The translations under genes were made by a program, and so were the position numbers. DNA of 63,233 nt, filler included, from Nemertoderma westbladi (lineage: Eukaryota; Animalia; Xenacoelomorpha), in assembly GCA_032718475.1 (NCBI GenBank). It is 4 parts of 4 records of this genome, joined end to end, with 100 filler letters (N's around TTAATTAATTAA, not from the genome) between each part and the next. Parts side by side here need not be neighbours in the genome. Positions count along the whole stretch, not along the records: positions 1 to 25,177 come from JAUCBJ010006939.1; positions 25,278 to 46,493 come from JAUCBJ010005685.1; 2 more parts are not named here. One strand, 5' to 3'. Positions 14,249-26,508 of this stretch are shown here, piece after piece; the stretch's first letter is position 1, and every line of letters begins with the position of its first letter. The notes beneath the pieces are model-generated. The model did no database searches. It worked only from the letters and a program-made list of their open reading frames with translations, and was not told the DNA's origin.

Positions 14249-15245
14249 ACCACCTGGCTTTGCATATTGAACGTGCGTTTGGAAATAAGTTCGTGCTACC
14301 CTTCCGTGGGTGGTAGATGTCGCGGTTATGTATTGGTGGGTGGGAAGGGAGGGGGGGGGGGGTGCAGATTAAAAGGGGTGAACACGTACTGTCCCCCTTT
14401 CTTTGATTAATTGGTGGTGTGGGTTAATCTCTCATAACCTGATTTTGTGATACAGTCGCACAATTTTAATTTGTATCTCATAACTGGGCCTCGTGCTGCG
14501 CGAAGGCCCCACGAACGTGTAGGATTTCTTCGAAAAAGGCCCAATTTTTTTAGTTACGAGTTACATTAAAATACTGATAAATATATTTTGCTTTGCGCGG
14601 AGGAGAGACAGTCCCTCTTCTATAGTGTACAATCGTGTTAATTATAAGCTTTTGGTTTATTTCTATGTATTTGGTTTATCAACAAGTTTGGATATGTTCT
14701 GTTCTGTTCTAATTTTGTTTTTGTCTCGTCAATTAATTGTGTGGTTAATTTGTCAATCGCGGCCTTAATTGGCTACATTGCCTCTGTATGAATGAATGTA
14801 ATTAGTTATTAACCCTTTGCTGCTCAGTGTTGTTCCGGAACAACATTCCTATTATTGGCTCTCCTAATCTCAGAATGGTAATATGTTAAATCCGATTGGT
14901 TGATATGGGTTGTCAACATGTTTCTTGTACCTGAGGATCAGTTTCCTTTGCTTCCCGGAGGGAAATTTGAACATTGGCTTACATATTGTGAGCCTATGCT
15001 TCAATAAGCGGTAATTGAAAAAACATGTGCATTCATATTATTAAAAAAGACAATTCCCTTTAATTTTTCCGTTCCAAAAAAATCGAGTAGATAGGAAAAT
15101 ATGTCTAAGATGATTTTCGAATGCTCCAATAGATTGTTAATAGATTTTAACCAAGTGAGTAGTGTTTTAAAGATTGTTGTCCCCCAACAACATTGCCCAT
15201 TTAAGAAAGCTATAATTACATTGTAGTTTTTATTTCACACTTTCA

Positions 15246-15514
15246 CAGGCACTTTCACAAGAATGCTGCGCAGAGTTCATTCTGTCAAGTACAATGAACA
15301 CATCTCCAACCAAACTCTATACAGCATTGGGGGTGTTCCATTAATCTTCACTAACTTGACACTTGAACGGAACCGCCTCCGCTTTGCAGAACATTGCTTT
15401 CGCCGTAATGACCAGCCAGTGCATAACCGTGTGCTTTGGCGCTCTCATGGAGCGAATAAGTGTGGACAGCCCATGACTTTCTTGAGACACATCGCGGCCT
15501 TGAAGATGCAGATG
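15246..15514 (+). mobile_element. RTE-clade LINE 3' fragment
   Basis: MLRRVH..YNEHISN..LY...RLRFAEHCFRR, homologous to 59270-59550; cut by the LTR starting at 15515. Confidence 0.8.
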
Positions 15515-16181
15515 TGTCACGGCTTTCGGCGTCCTTACCCCCTCAAAAAACGTAAAAAATATCTTATATATTTCATTCATTATCATTATCTTCATTAACA
15601 TTCAAATTTCCCGCCAACACTAATAATCTGATACATTCTTCACTCTGTCACCTATAAATACTGGACGTACTGCTATTTCATTCATTCATTCATTCATTCT
15701 GATGAATAGAATCACACGGACATCAGACTTTCTGCTCTGTGTCCACCAGCTACTGACTGCTGGACTGCATCTGTCAGTAGCTACTTTATCCTTTATCTGT
15801 TTCTAGCAGTCTCTTAGACACCCGTCTATGCGCCTGTATAAACGCCAGTATTTCTTTTGAACTGTGCGTGTGCGTTCCATTTTCATCACTACACTGCATG
15901 ATTATTGTCATCCCTTTTTGGCTCATATCGCATTTAGTGACATGCCTGATTTAGGAAATAAATAAACGGAAGGTTTTATAATAAAGAATATTTATTTTAG
16001 AGGCCATTGGCAATTAACGTTTACATGCTCAGGTGATGAAATTACGCCAAGCGCGCCAGCACGGTAGAATACGGGCTGACGGGCGTTAGTATTACAGCCG
16101 CCAAATGAAGGTTTTACCGGCAAAGCCTCATAAAATAACCAAAAGCGACCCAAACCGCTTTCCCACTGTTTAGCCGGGACA
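15515..16181 (+). mobile_element. 5' LTR of BEL/Pao element 1
   Basis: Starts exactly where RTE homology stops; TG...CA with terminal IR TGTCACGGCT / AGCCGGGACA; TATAAATA at 15653 and AATAAA cluster at ~15957-15984; colinear with gag once two insertions are removed. Confidence 0.75.
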
Positions 16182-16239
16182 GTTTTGTTCAAAAGAAATA
16201 ATTATAAATTTCTAAATCATTTTTTTTATTAATAACGTA

Positions 16240-17680
16240 CAGTTAGGTACAATGGCCAAATCTGGCAATGATTGTGATTGCCATATTTGGCAACCAAGCA
16301 AAATCTGGCAACATTTCTGATTGCCTGATTTGGCAACTATATAAAGCCGTTGTTGCCATATTTGGCAACTTAACTATGAACTAACTCATTGAATATGGAT
16401 TATATGGTTCTGCGTCCTTCTATCTGTCTATGGCAGTATGGTCATTCCTTAGATCCTGAAATGTTAATGTTAGGCCTAGAAAAAAGGCAAAGGGGTAGGG
16501 CCAGGTTACATGTTATACTTATACCAGTCAGCCAGTAGTGCCATATTCTAAGTTCTAACCAATACAACAATATATCCTAATAAATGAGGTGAGAATGAGA
16601 GTCAATAACACAAACACAGACTGACTGGTGATAGTTTTTTTGCTTTTTTGACATTTTTGTTAGTAATCTCTGGCGCTGCTTTGGGAGGTGGTTGATTGTT
16701 GTTTGTACCAATATTAGTTTAGTAGTTAAAGATTGTAACTGTGTAATGCTGATACAATTGCCCAGCAATCTAAATCATCCTTCACTCTATACCAGTATAC
16801 TGCTATATCAGTTCAGTATATCTATCTTTCCATTCCTACATCAGTACATACACACATATAATGAAAATAATTTCATCCCGTTTTTCATTAGCTGATTAGG
16901 GCCTACTAGAAACAATTTGTTGAATCCCTTAACCTGCCTGTTAACACGCGTTTTGGTTTTCTCAGTCTTTCTAAATTTTGGCACTATTTTTCTTCCATCA
17001 CGCTGTTTCTCAAACTTTAATGCCCCCTTGCCTTCTTGCTGCCTTTTGGTGATGATAACGTTCTGACGTTGTCAAATATTATTACGTTTATTTCCATTTC
17101 AGCCTTTGAAGCATGTGATTCTTTAGATTTGTTTATGCCTATACCATAGGGCCTATATACCAGTCTACCAGTACTGTATATGTTACAGACTCATCCATCT
17201 GTCCATTAACATATTAACAACAACATATCAAATAGGCCTACATTCTGATATTTCATCAACTAATAATGTTTATAAATCATCACAACTCGACAAGGGTAAG
17301 CAAGCAGTAAGCAATTTTGAAGTAATTTACAATGACAGGGTTACTGACAGGCAGACAGGGCTGCACAATAATAATTGTTGCCAAAAATGGCAACCATTTG
17401 CCATTATTTTTCTTTAATTCTAATGGTTGCCAAAAATGGCAATAATTATTTTAGGCACATTTCGGCCTATTGCTAAGAGAAATTCAGACGATGATTTTTT
17501 TTCTTATACGGTCAATTATATTTAAATTTCGCGCTCTTTTCACTTAACTATATACCAAAATGCGATTTTGCTTCTGGGCGTGCGAAAATTAGAAAAACCA
17601 AAAGTTGCCAGATTTGGCAATAAACATTGCCATATGTGGCAACTTTTGAGGTTGCCAGATTTGGCCATTGTACCTAACTG
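16240..17680. mobile_element. Non-autonomous DNA transposon with 5-bp TSD, superfamily unassigned
   Basis: 29-bp TIR cagttaggtacaatggccaaatctggcaa; TSD ACGTA (16235-16239, 17681-17685); subterminal ttgcca..tggcaa repeats. Confidence 0.85.
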
Positions 17681-17774
17681 ACGTATCGGTATTAAAAAAG
17701 AAATACTGCGCTTTACTGCTGTCTGGCTGAAGCCGTACTGACTGCAATTTATGCTTATTGCACATGCACATAGG

Positions 17775-20700
17775 CCCTATTGAAAAGTTTTATTTTCTGC
17801 GCCGAACGCAGCGCCGGGTGCCAAAAATCCTGCGCCGGCTCTGAGCAAAACCACGCCGGGTGCCAAAAATCCTGCGCCGGCGCTGAGCAAAACCACGCCG
17901 GATGCAAAAAATCCTGCGCCGGCTCGGTGTAAAACCACGCCGGGTGCAAAAATCATGCGTTGGCTCTGTGCAATGCAAAATGCTGCGCCGGGTGAAAAAT
18001 CTTCCGCCGGATCTTCAAAGCTGCACCGGGCTGACTGGTATAAGACATAAAATGTTAAATCTGGCTGTTATACTGTACAGTACGTGTAGTTTATTCTGTT
18101 TATCTATTATACTGCAGCTGCATATAGTACTGTATGTAATTTATAAAATATGTATGACGTATGTAATGAAACATATCCCGCCCCCATGACCGCCTCCCCC
18201 CACCCCCTGTCTTGAGTTGATGGTACCTAGAAGAGACATGTACTGTATTCATTTAAATACTGCATGATATCGTATTGTATTCGAATTCGACAAACTTATG
18301 TTCGTTCCATAACAAGTAATAATATGATACCAAAATAAAAGTATGGGGAAGGATTTGGATATTTGAATATATTAAACTTTATATGGTTTTAATAATTATT
18401 ATTTTTGCATGTTAAACTAAATCATCAGGTACAGCGTGCCATTAAGAAGTATTCATGGTATTAGGTATTGGCATTTGTTTGTAAAGTAGCTTTAAAAAAG
18501 TAAAGGAAATTGTGCTAATCCTAGTTGTTACATTATATTATATTAAAGTTGTGATGTGTATATGTTATATCTGTATATTAAAGACTACTAGTCTACTAGT
18601 ACTCTTAGTCCTTGTATTTATGTACTACTGCTACTGTACGTTCTACTTTACTACATACTACGTAGTGTGGTCCGGTATACGTCTATGCTACAGATACCGA
18701 GATACGGTATGTCTGAATGAATAATGACTAGCTAGCTGTATGTTATGTTATTATTTATTAATATCGCCAGAATAACAATAAAATATTAATTTTTGCACAT
18801 GTACGTACACGTACAGCAGATTAAAATAAAATGAACACATATCTGGCAAAGTACGCCAATAAGCGTATGTACTATTGTAAGAAAAATACGGATAATGGTA
18901 TTCAGGTAAAATTAGTAAAATAATTAAAATTATAGTTTATTTACAGTACTTACAGTTGGTGCATATTAATTATTTAAAAAAATTATTACAGTAAAATTAA
19001 ATTAAAAACCGGCAAAGCATACTTAGGTTCAAGTGCTTTAACAACATACAGTACTAAAGGCAAACATACAGACATATTAATAAGGGACAAGTTTACAATA
19101 CGTTTACAACACAAAAATACGTAGTATTTTCTCACGTATATTCTCACGGAACATAAATTTGGTACCGTAGGTATGTCGCATAAGTAAAATATTACTGCTG
19201 AAATAAAACGCGTAAAATAAAGTAACTACTGTACAAAAGTTAGGACAACAATTAAACATAAAAAAACACTATTTTAAAATTGAACACAAAAAAATGTTTT
19301 TTGGGATTGAAAAAATGAAAACAATAGGTACTGTAGCTAGATTTTGATGAAGATATCGTTGTATCCGAAAGATATCCAAAAGATATCGCTTTCGCTACTG
19401 CCACTTGGCGCACAGGAGTATCACTTCACTACATATTAATTTTAAGGGACATTTCGCAGTCTAGTCTATTTTTGAATGTGTTCGCAAGCATGGAGTACCA
19501 AGGGTATTACGTGCATTTACAACACTTTCCGGTAATGGTAAAGGATTCCAAATGTTTACAACGCTGTCTGCAAAGTTGTTGCATCTCCTTTGAGTCCTAC
19601 AGTTCGATCTTTTGTACAGCAGTACAGCGCCAAGGAAGCCTCGTGTTGAGCATTGGTGGAGTTTGGAGCGAAACTGCTGAACTGGAAGAAATTACTGGGC
19701 TCAATTTTGTCAATCCCGTTGATAAACTTTTATGTTGTTAAAAGGTCGGCTAGTACATGGCGATATATTGATGTCTGTAGTTTGAGTGCCCGTAGTCGGT
19801 TTTCATATGACAACTCAGCCAGCGATAGTACAACTGTACAAGGCGAGTGGCACGGTGTTGTACTTGTTCAAGCAGTCAAGACGATCAATATATATCATGT
19901 TGGAGATACGGCGACCAAACAACTGTGTCGAATTCAAAGAGAGGCCGAACAAGGGATTTGTATAACAGGGTCAGAAGGTAAACATAGGAGCTTCCAAATA
20001 TGTGAAAGTTATATTAAATGGACGAATCGCATGGCACGGGCTGCAGTATTTGTGCAGTGAGTTGTGAAGGACAAGTCTGGTGTAAATGAAATTCCAAAAT
20101 CACGTTCCTCGTTTGCCGAAAAAAGTGTACGTCCATTCATTGTGTAAAGTTCAGAAGTTGCTTGGGGATTTCTAGTTAAACTAGATGCATGACCTTCTGA
20201 CCTTGCACTTGGAGTCATTGAACTGCAATTTCCAATGGTTACACCATTCCACTAGCGTCTAGATCAGCCGGTCAGCCAGTAAGGCCTGTGTGTCAGTAAT
20301 AAATTGTTTCATTATTAATAGTGCCATAGTATAACTGTATAAGTCGTTTTGTTTTATTCACTGTACAACTTTATCCTGTTTTATTATGTGCAGTTTTATT
20401 TATACGCTTCTATTCTGCTATTGTCTATGACAGCGGTGTCTCCATCCAAATAATATAATATACTGTAATATAAATATAGCTTATACAATACAGCATGTAA
20501 ATAAATAAACTGACTGACCAATAGCAATAATGACTGATGAGCTGATAGCTGGAACTGTGATAGCCTACCTGCCTACTTCCTAACAGCATACTGGCATAAG
20601 GTTAAATACGTAAATAAATGACCAGTTTCAGTCAGCCAGTGTGAGTTTCCATTCTGCCTCATGCATGGCCAGTTGTTATTGTGTTGCTGTGCCAGTGTGC

Positions 20701-21061
20701 TGTTGGTCTGATGAACGCATGTCTGTTGTCGTGCTGTCTCAGTCTCACTGTCTGCCTGGTGCTAGGTTCGGCTGATTTCTGCGCCAGGCAAATATGTACG
20801 CCGGGTGTGCTGGGCTGATTCCTGCTCCGGCGCCGGGTCAATTTCTGCAGCGTCGACGCCGGGAATATTTCGACGCCTGCTGCGCCGAGCGCAGCATCTC
20901 TACCATTGCCAGTGCTCCGCCGGCTACGCCGGCGTAGCACATCTCTGCGCCGACCCTTCCGGCTCATTGCCCGGCGTAGCACATTTCTGCGCCAGCTCCC
21001 GGCGCAAGTTCTAGTGCTGCGCCGAACGTGCTCGGCGTACATGTAAAACTTTTCAATAGGG
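17775..21061. mobile_element. Non-autonomous DNA transposon with 8-bp TSD (Zisupton/KDZ-like)
   Basis: TIR ccctattgaaaagtttta; TSD CACATAGG (17767-17774, 21062-21069); ctgcgccgg subterminal arrays at both ends. Confidence 0.8.
19440..20280 (-). mobile_element. CR1/L2-group LINE reverse transcriptase C-terminal fragment, decayed
   Basis: Minus-strand frames give ERDFGISFTPDLSF..H and LYKSLVRPLFEFDTVVWSPY; frameshifted; boundaries approximate. Confidence 0.8.
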
Positions 21062-21348
21062 CACATAGGCCTGGGCCTATGCTTTTTTATGTTCTCCTTC
21101 ACAAGCCCTAACGCCTCTGCCAGTCTGCCAGTCTGTTACCACCTTACCGCCTGCTGACATTGCAGCATTCAGGCATTGACAGTAGGTTCAGTAAATTAGT
21201 CCTAGAGTAGGCTGTCTGGTAGCAGCAGCAGTGGTAGTGGTAGGTAGGCAATAGGCAGATAGGCTACTGCTGCACGTTAGGCCAACAGGCCTGCGTATAT
21301 CGTGGTATTTACGGACGCGGGCGCGTCTATATCTAACAGTCTAACATC

Positions 21349-24300
21349 ATGGATGAAACTCTGGTCAATCCGAACATTTCGGACGGTTCGGAAAACGGTA
21401 TCATCGACGACAGCCAAGCCTATCATGATCCGGATCCGGCGAGTATAGGTGTAAGTACAACCGACCATCTCCAGCTCCACTCCACTGCCATTAACATTCA
21501 CTCTGACAATGACGACAGTAGACCGACAAACCCAACAGGTAGCGGTAGGCAAAGAAATCCTGTAGTTAGGCCTACCTCCGACAATGTACCGGTACGCCAA
21601 AGGGTTTCTGCTACCGGTGTGCCTACTTCCGGTACCGGTGGGCCTACTTCCGGTACCGGTGGGCCTACTTCCGGTACCGGTGGGCCTACTTCCGGTACCG
21701 GTGGGCCTACTTCCGGTAATACAAATCCTTATTCTGTTTCTCAGAATGCGTTTGAATCTACCCAATTACCATTACAGCCTAGTAGACATAGAACACGTAA
21801 GCATTCTATGGCTGATAGTGTACATTCAAACGGTTCTCTTGTATCTTCTACAGCTACCCAGAGTTATAACAGGCTTAAGCAAGAACATGCAATTGCTAAA
21901 CTAGAGGCCAAACAAAATATAAGACGTGCTGAATTAGAGGCCAAAGACAAATTAGATTTATCTAAATTAAAATTGGAACAAGCCGAGCAGGAAATGGCTG
22001 AACGAGATCTAGTAGACTTCAAAGAGAAACCTGCAATTCCAAGCCCCTTTATTCAGCCGGCGGGGCTTAAAACTGAAAACAATTTTTCAGCAATTAATAC
22101 TGGCCCCAGCATGCCTAATATAATGTTTAATCCCGCTTCTACCCCCTGTTTATCACCAATTCTGCCACTGCCAAGTTTAGCTATTAGTAATAGGCCTATT
22201 ATAGTTGGTAAGCATACTGATATTAATACCCCTGTAACTGTAGTGCCTACACCTTATTTTACACAGCAATCTATATATAGCCTTCCTAGCCTTAGTAACG
22301 CTTATAGTACTAGGATTGTCCCTAATGTAGATAGTTATCCTAGACCTAGTGTTAATAATAGTAATACCAGTAGCAATATGTCAATTACAACACCGTTGAC
22401 TACTGAATTATTATCTAGTTACCATATCAATCATAATGTAGGTCGTGGCAACCACTCTCATCCATCCAACCCAATAAGTGGATACAATTCTTTCTCAGGC
22501 CAGCCTACTGGGGATATAGGTATTTATAGTATGTCCCCACATATCGCCATGGGGGGACCTTCTCAGCCAAATCATCCCTTCCATAGTCAAGGGGGCTATG
22601 GATGTCCTTCTACCGGTCTTCCTCCCAGTGGTAGCAGTTATATCAATCCAAATTTATCAAACATAAATTCTTCCTCTGTTGATGGTATATTTTCAAAGAC
22701 TCTTGATACTTTGGACAAACTTAACACTAAGCTTTCTCTTCCACCTCCTCAACCAAAGTCTTTTGATGGCAATCCTGCCAACTATATTTCTTTCTTGGCA
22801 ACTTTCAGAGCTCAGATAGATTCCAAACCTCTTGATGAATATGATAAGTTGAATTATCTCTTGCAGTATACCACAGGCAAGGCTCATACCCTTATTGAAA
22901 TGTATAGTGGTCTTCCTAACGGATACTCCAGTGCTTGGATGGCCCTTCATAACAGATATGGCCACCCTAGTGTCATTATCCAAACTATTCTTGATAAACT
23001 TACTGTCAAGACAGATTTAGGTGGATCAGCAACCCAGCGTAGAGAACGACTCCGTAATTATGCTGATAATATTATGTCTAATATTGCAGTTCTTCAGCAA
23101 CTATCAGATAGCAATGAGATGAACTCTTCAGCCAATCTCAAACAAGTTGCATCCAATCTCCCACCAGACATCCATCGTAGGTGGTGCCGCCATGCTCGTA
23201 GTTATCGACGCTCCCATGGTAACCATGAACCTACCCTCCAAGTACTAGCAGCATTCGTAGATGAAGAAGCAGAGGTCATCAATGACCCTGTGTATGTTCC
23301 CCATAGTTCACACTCGTCCACATACTCGTCTACTTCTACTGCACAAAATCAACCAAGTCAAAGGTCGCTAGCACCTACTGAACCAAAACCTAAGGTCACT
23401 ACCCTTAATATAGATACCATAAAAACATGCACAAGGAAATGCATGAAGTGTAATGGTTTAGATCATGGTATTTCTTCATGTCCAGAATATCTTGAATTAT
23501 CTCTTGCTGACAGAAAGAAAGTTGTTCAGGATAAGAAATTGTGTTATAATTGTCTTTATTATGACCATAACCCTTCAACTTGTACCTCTAAATACCATTG
23601 TAGGACTCCTGGATGTTCCAAACGACACCATACAAGCCTTCATAATCCTGATGCTGCAAAGACAAAGTCCAACAATTCTTCTTCAAGTTCTATGAATAAG
23701 AATAGCACTACTTCAAAGGAAACTAGCAAATCACCTGCTAAGAAAATCACTACAGATTCAAACTTTGTACAAGGATCTATAGCATCAGAAGAATCAGAAC
23801 AGGTTGGCATGTCATCCATTGTTGACTCTGAGGTCCTTTTTTCGAAACAGACCCCTTCTGTCTGGCTTTCGGTTGTTCCAATTAGGCTTTCTTTCGACAA
23901 GGAAAGTGTTTCTACATTTGCCTTATTGGATGACGGTTCTACTTCATCTTTCATTGACAAATCTGTCATTGACCATGTTGGTATAATCCCACGTCAAACA
24001 TCATTACGATTGAGTACATTGTTAGATATTGATAAACCTGTCTCAGTCGGGGAGGTATCATGTTCAGTAACTCCTGTTCCTGGCAAGTTAGATACTGATC
24101 CAAACTTAGTTATGAGGTTCGACAAGGTCTATGTAACTTCAAATATTAAGCGTGAATTTCTTCATGACAGCAAGCACATTGACCTGCAAACTTTTCCTCA
24201 TCCTTTCCCCCTCTCTTTGGAATTTTCTCATCCCAAAGTGGACATTCCATCCATCACTGTCCTCATAGGTGCAAATTACCCCCAGGCTTTGTTTCGCGAT

Positions 24301-25177
24301 AAGCATAAGTGGCCTGAACATCCTAACTCAGAACCTTCTGCTATCCATACTCCCTTTGGTTGGTGTGTAATTGGCCCTGTGGGAAATGTTTCCCATCTTC
24401 CCAGTGTTAGTGTCCATCACATAGTTGCAAAGGAAACAACTCTACTCAGTAAGGAACTGGAACTACAACTTAATCAATTCTTAGGACTAGATAAATTCGG
24501 TACAACTACTCCATCTGATTTTCTTATGGAAAATGATGAAGACAAAGCTTATTCTAGGGACGAACTCAAAGCACTACAGATGCTCAAAGAATCAACCAAA
24601 CTTATTGATCATCGCTACCAAATCGGAATGCTTTGGAAGCAATATCCCCCTAAGCTTGTCAATAATTACCCCTTAGCTATGTCCTGTGTTCTTAGTCTTT
24701 TGAAACGATTAAAGGATAAGCCTGGCAAATATCAGCTTTATCAGGACAATATTGACCAGTACATTTCTAAGGGGATTGCTCGTAAACTTACAGAAGATGA
24801 TATTCCTGCTGGTCCTCAAACATTCTATCTTCCCCATCATTTCGTTGAAAATGTTAACAAACCAGGACATATTCGAATTGTTAATGATGGCTCTGCTCTA
24901 TACAAAGGTGTTTCTTTAAATAATCAACTCATGGATGGTCCCAGCCTTTGTTGTTCCATAGTCGGGGTATTATTGCGATTTCGTATTGGTGCTATTGCTT
25001 TCATCGCAGACATAGAAAGCATGTTCCATCAGGTGAAGGTCACACCACAAGATTCTGACAGCCTGCGGTTTCTTTGGCAATCTCCAGGTGCCAGTACTAT
25101 TGATACTTATGCAATGTTGGTGCACATTTTTGGTGCTCGTTGCTCTTCATGCACTGCAACTTATGGTGTTAGACGTT
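21349..25177 (+). CDS. BEL/Pao gag-pol polyprotein (Gag, zinc knuckles, aspartic protease, RT N-half), truncated by assembly gap
   Basis: FDGNPANY...KLNYLLQY Gag core; CxxC..H..C knuckles and HHTSLH; ALLDDGS protease; YLPHH, RIVNDGS, ADIESMFHQV RT motifs; open for >1270 codons. Confidence 0.95.
21611..21717 (+). repeat. 21-bp in-frame tandem repeat (PTSGTGG x~5) in gag
   Basis: cctacttccggtaccggtggg units. Confidence 0.9.
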
Positions 25178-25345
25178 NNNNNNNNNNNNNNNNNNNNNNN
25201 NNNNNNNNNNNNNNNNNNNNNTTAATTAATTAANNNNNNNNNNNNNNNNNNNNNNNNNNNNNNNNNNNNNNNNNNNNAAACTGTATTTAATGCCTACACT
25301 TGCAACCTTATTGCCTACTGCAATAAGATAATTATAAACTGTTAC

Positions 25346-26508
25346 TGTTCGCGCTTTTGAAGACCTTTAGCAGTTTAACCTGCCAAATTTTATATGTCTT
25401 TTAGTTAATTAAAACCACTTTAGCATACGACAATAATTTATGCTAATACGCAAAACATTAGCCGAAATCAGCCCATGCGCGATCATTCACCCGATGGATC
25501 TACACCCGGGAGACTGAATTCGGATGCTTGAATTGTATTATTACAGTGTAAGGTTGCAGTGTATACCTAATGTATTATTCGATAGATCGTTAATAATTAA
25601 TCTCTGACAGATATTATTGGCTTTCGGGAAATATTAACAGTTCCTTTAGGACGTGGCGCTTTATCTATTTAAACAGAACTAAGACTTATACTAAAACGCA
25701 ACGATACTGCTTATGATTAAAGTATAAAGCGTATTCTTTAGGAAATACTTTGTTACCAATCACAATCATACACACTATTCTGCCGACAGTCAGTATATTT
25801 GATCACACATAAAGAGAGCAGTAATTGACTCACGTAGGGTCTGCTAAATAACATTGGATTCAATACACACCACATTAATATAAATCGCAATTGTTATGTA
25901 TAGCCGGTCTCTCTAACCTGTAGTGTTATCAAGAAAATTGGGAATTGGGTGATTTATCCGTATTATCCAAATAGCAATATTTCCATCAACAAATATTTAC
26001 AATTGATAACTGACGGTAAAATAACAGTACAAGCAATATGATTAATGCAAAAGTATCAAGATTAGTTAATGAGTATGATTATCAAGTTAAATTAGTTCGG
26101 TAACAGTTTATACTTTCGATAATTCAAGCAGTTTACGGTACAGCAGTATCTATCCAAAAATGCCGGTGTTTCTGGCTTAGACAGCAATAACAACAAAGTA
26201 TCAAGAAAAAACAGTAAGACTGAACACTCTCCTTATGATCGGCAGAAAAGCTACACGTCGACAGGAAAAACCGCCCTGATTGGCCCAAGCCAAACAAAGA
26301 ACCACGCGTCCAATGGCTGTTTCCATGTCAGCAACCAGCTGCTAGATGTCGTAATATGAATCATCACGGCTAAGCTGTGAAAGGTGGTTGGTGCATTACA
26401 AGTTTTTTGTCTTACCATGTCCACTAAAACACGTATATAGCAGAATTACTTTTATGTCCGTTAAAACCCCTGTAAAGGTACCTTGCGGGCGAGGGGAATA
26501 TATATACA
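25346..26508 (-). mobile_element. 5' LTR of a further BEL element related to element 2; body lost in the gap
   Basis: Shares the terminus tgttcgcgctttt..gacctttagcagtttaacctgccaa with 33517 and 46362, and internal similarity of ~25780-26115 to 33568-33905; right boundary approximate. Confidence 0.7.

Larger units (their letters stand above)
11052..14521 (+). mobile_element. Helentron-associated-like element, copy 2
   Basis: Direct repeat of 8280-10404 carrying a different nested insertion. Confidence 0.6.

Noticed and set aside
16021-16035. Alternative LTR end TTTACA followed by TGCTCAGG as PBS
   Set aside because: The end at 16181 gives a better terminal inverted repeat (9 of 10) with 15515, and TGCTCAGG is not a TGG PBS.
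25178-25277. TTAATTAATTAA embedded in N runs (also 46494-46593 and 58939-59038)
   Set aside because: Identical artificial stop-codon linker in fixed 100-bp gaps; it creates the false end of ORF 21349-25233.
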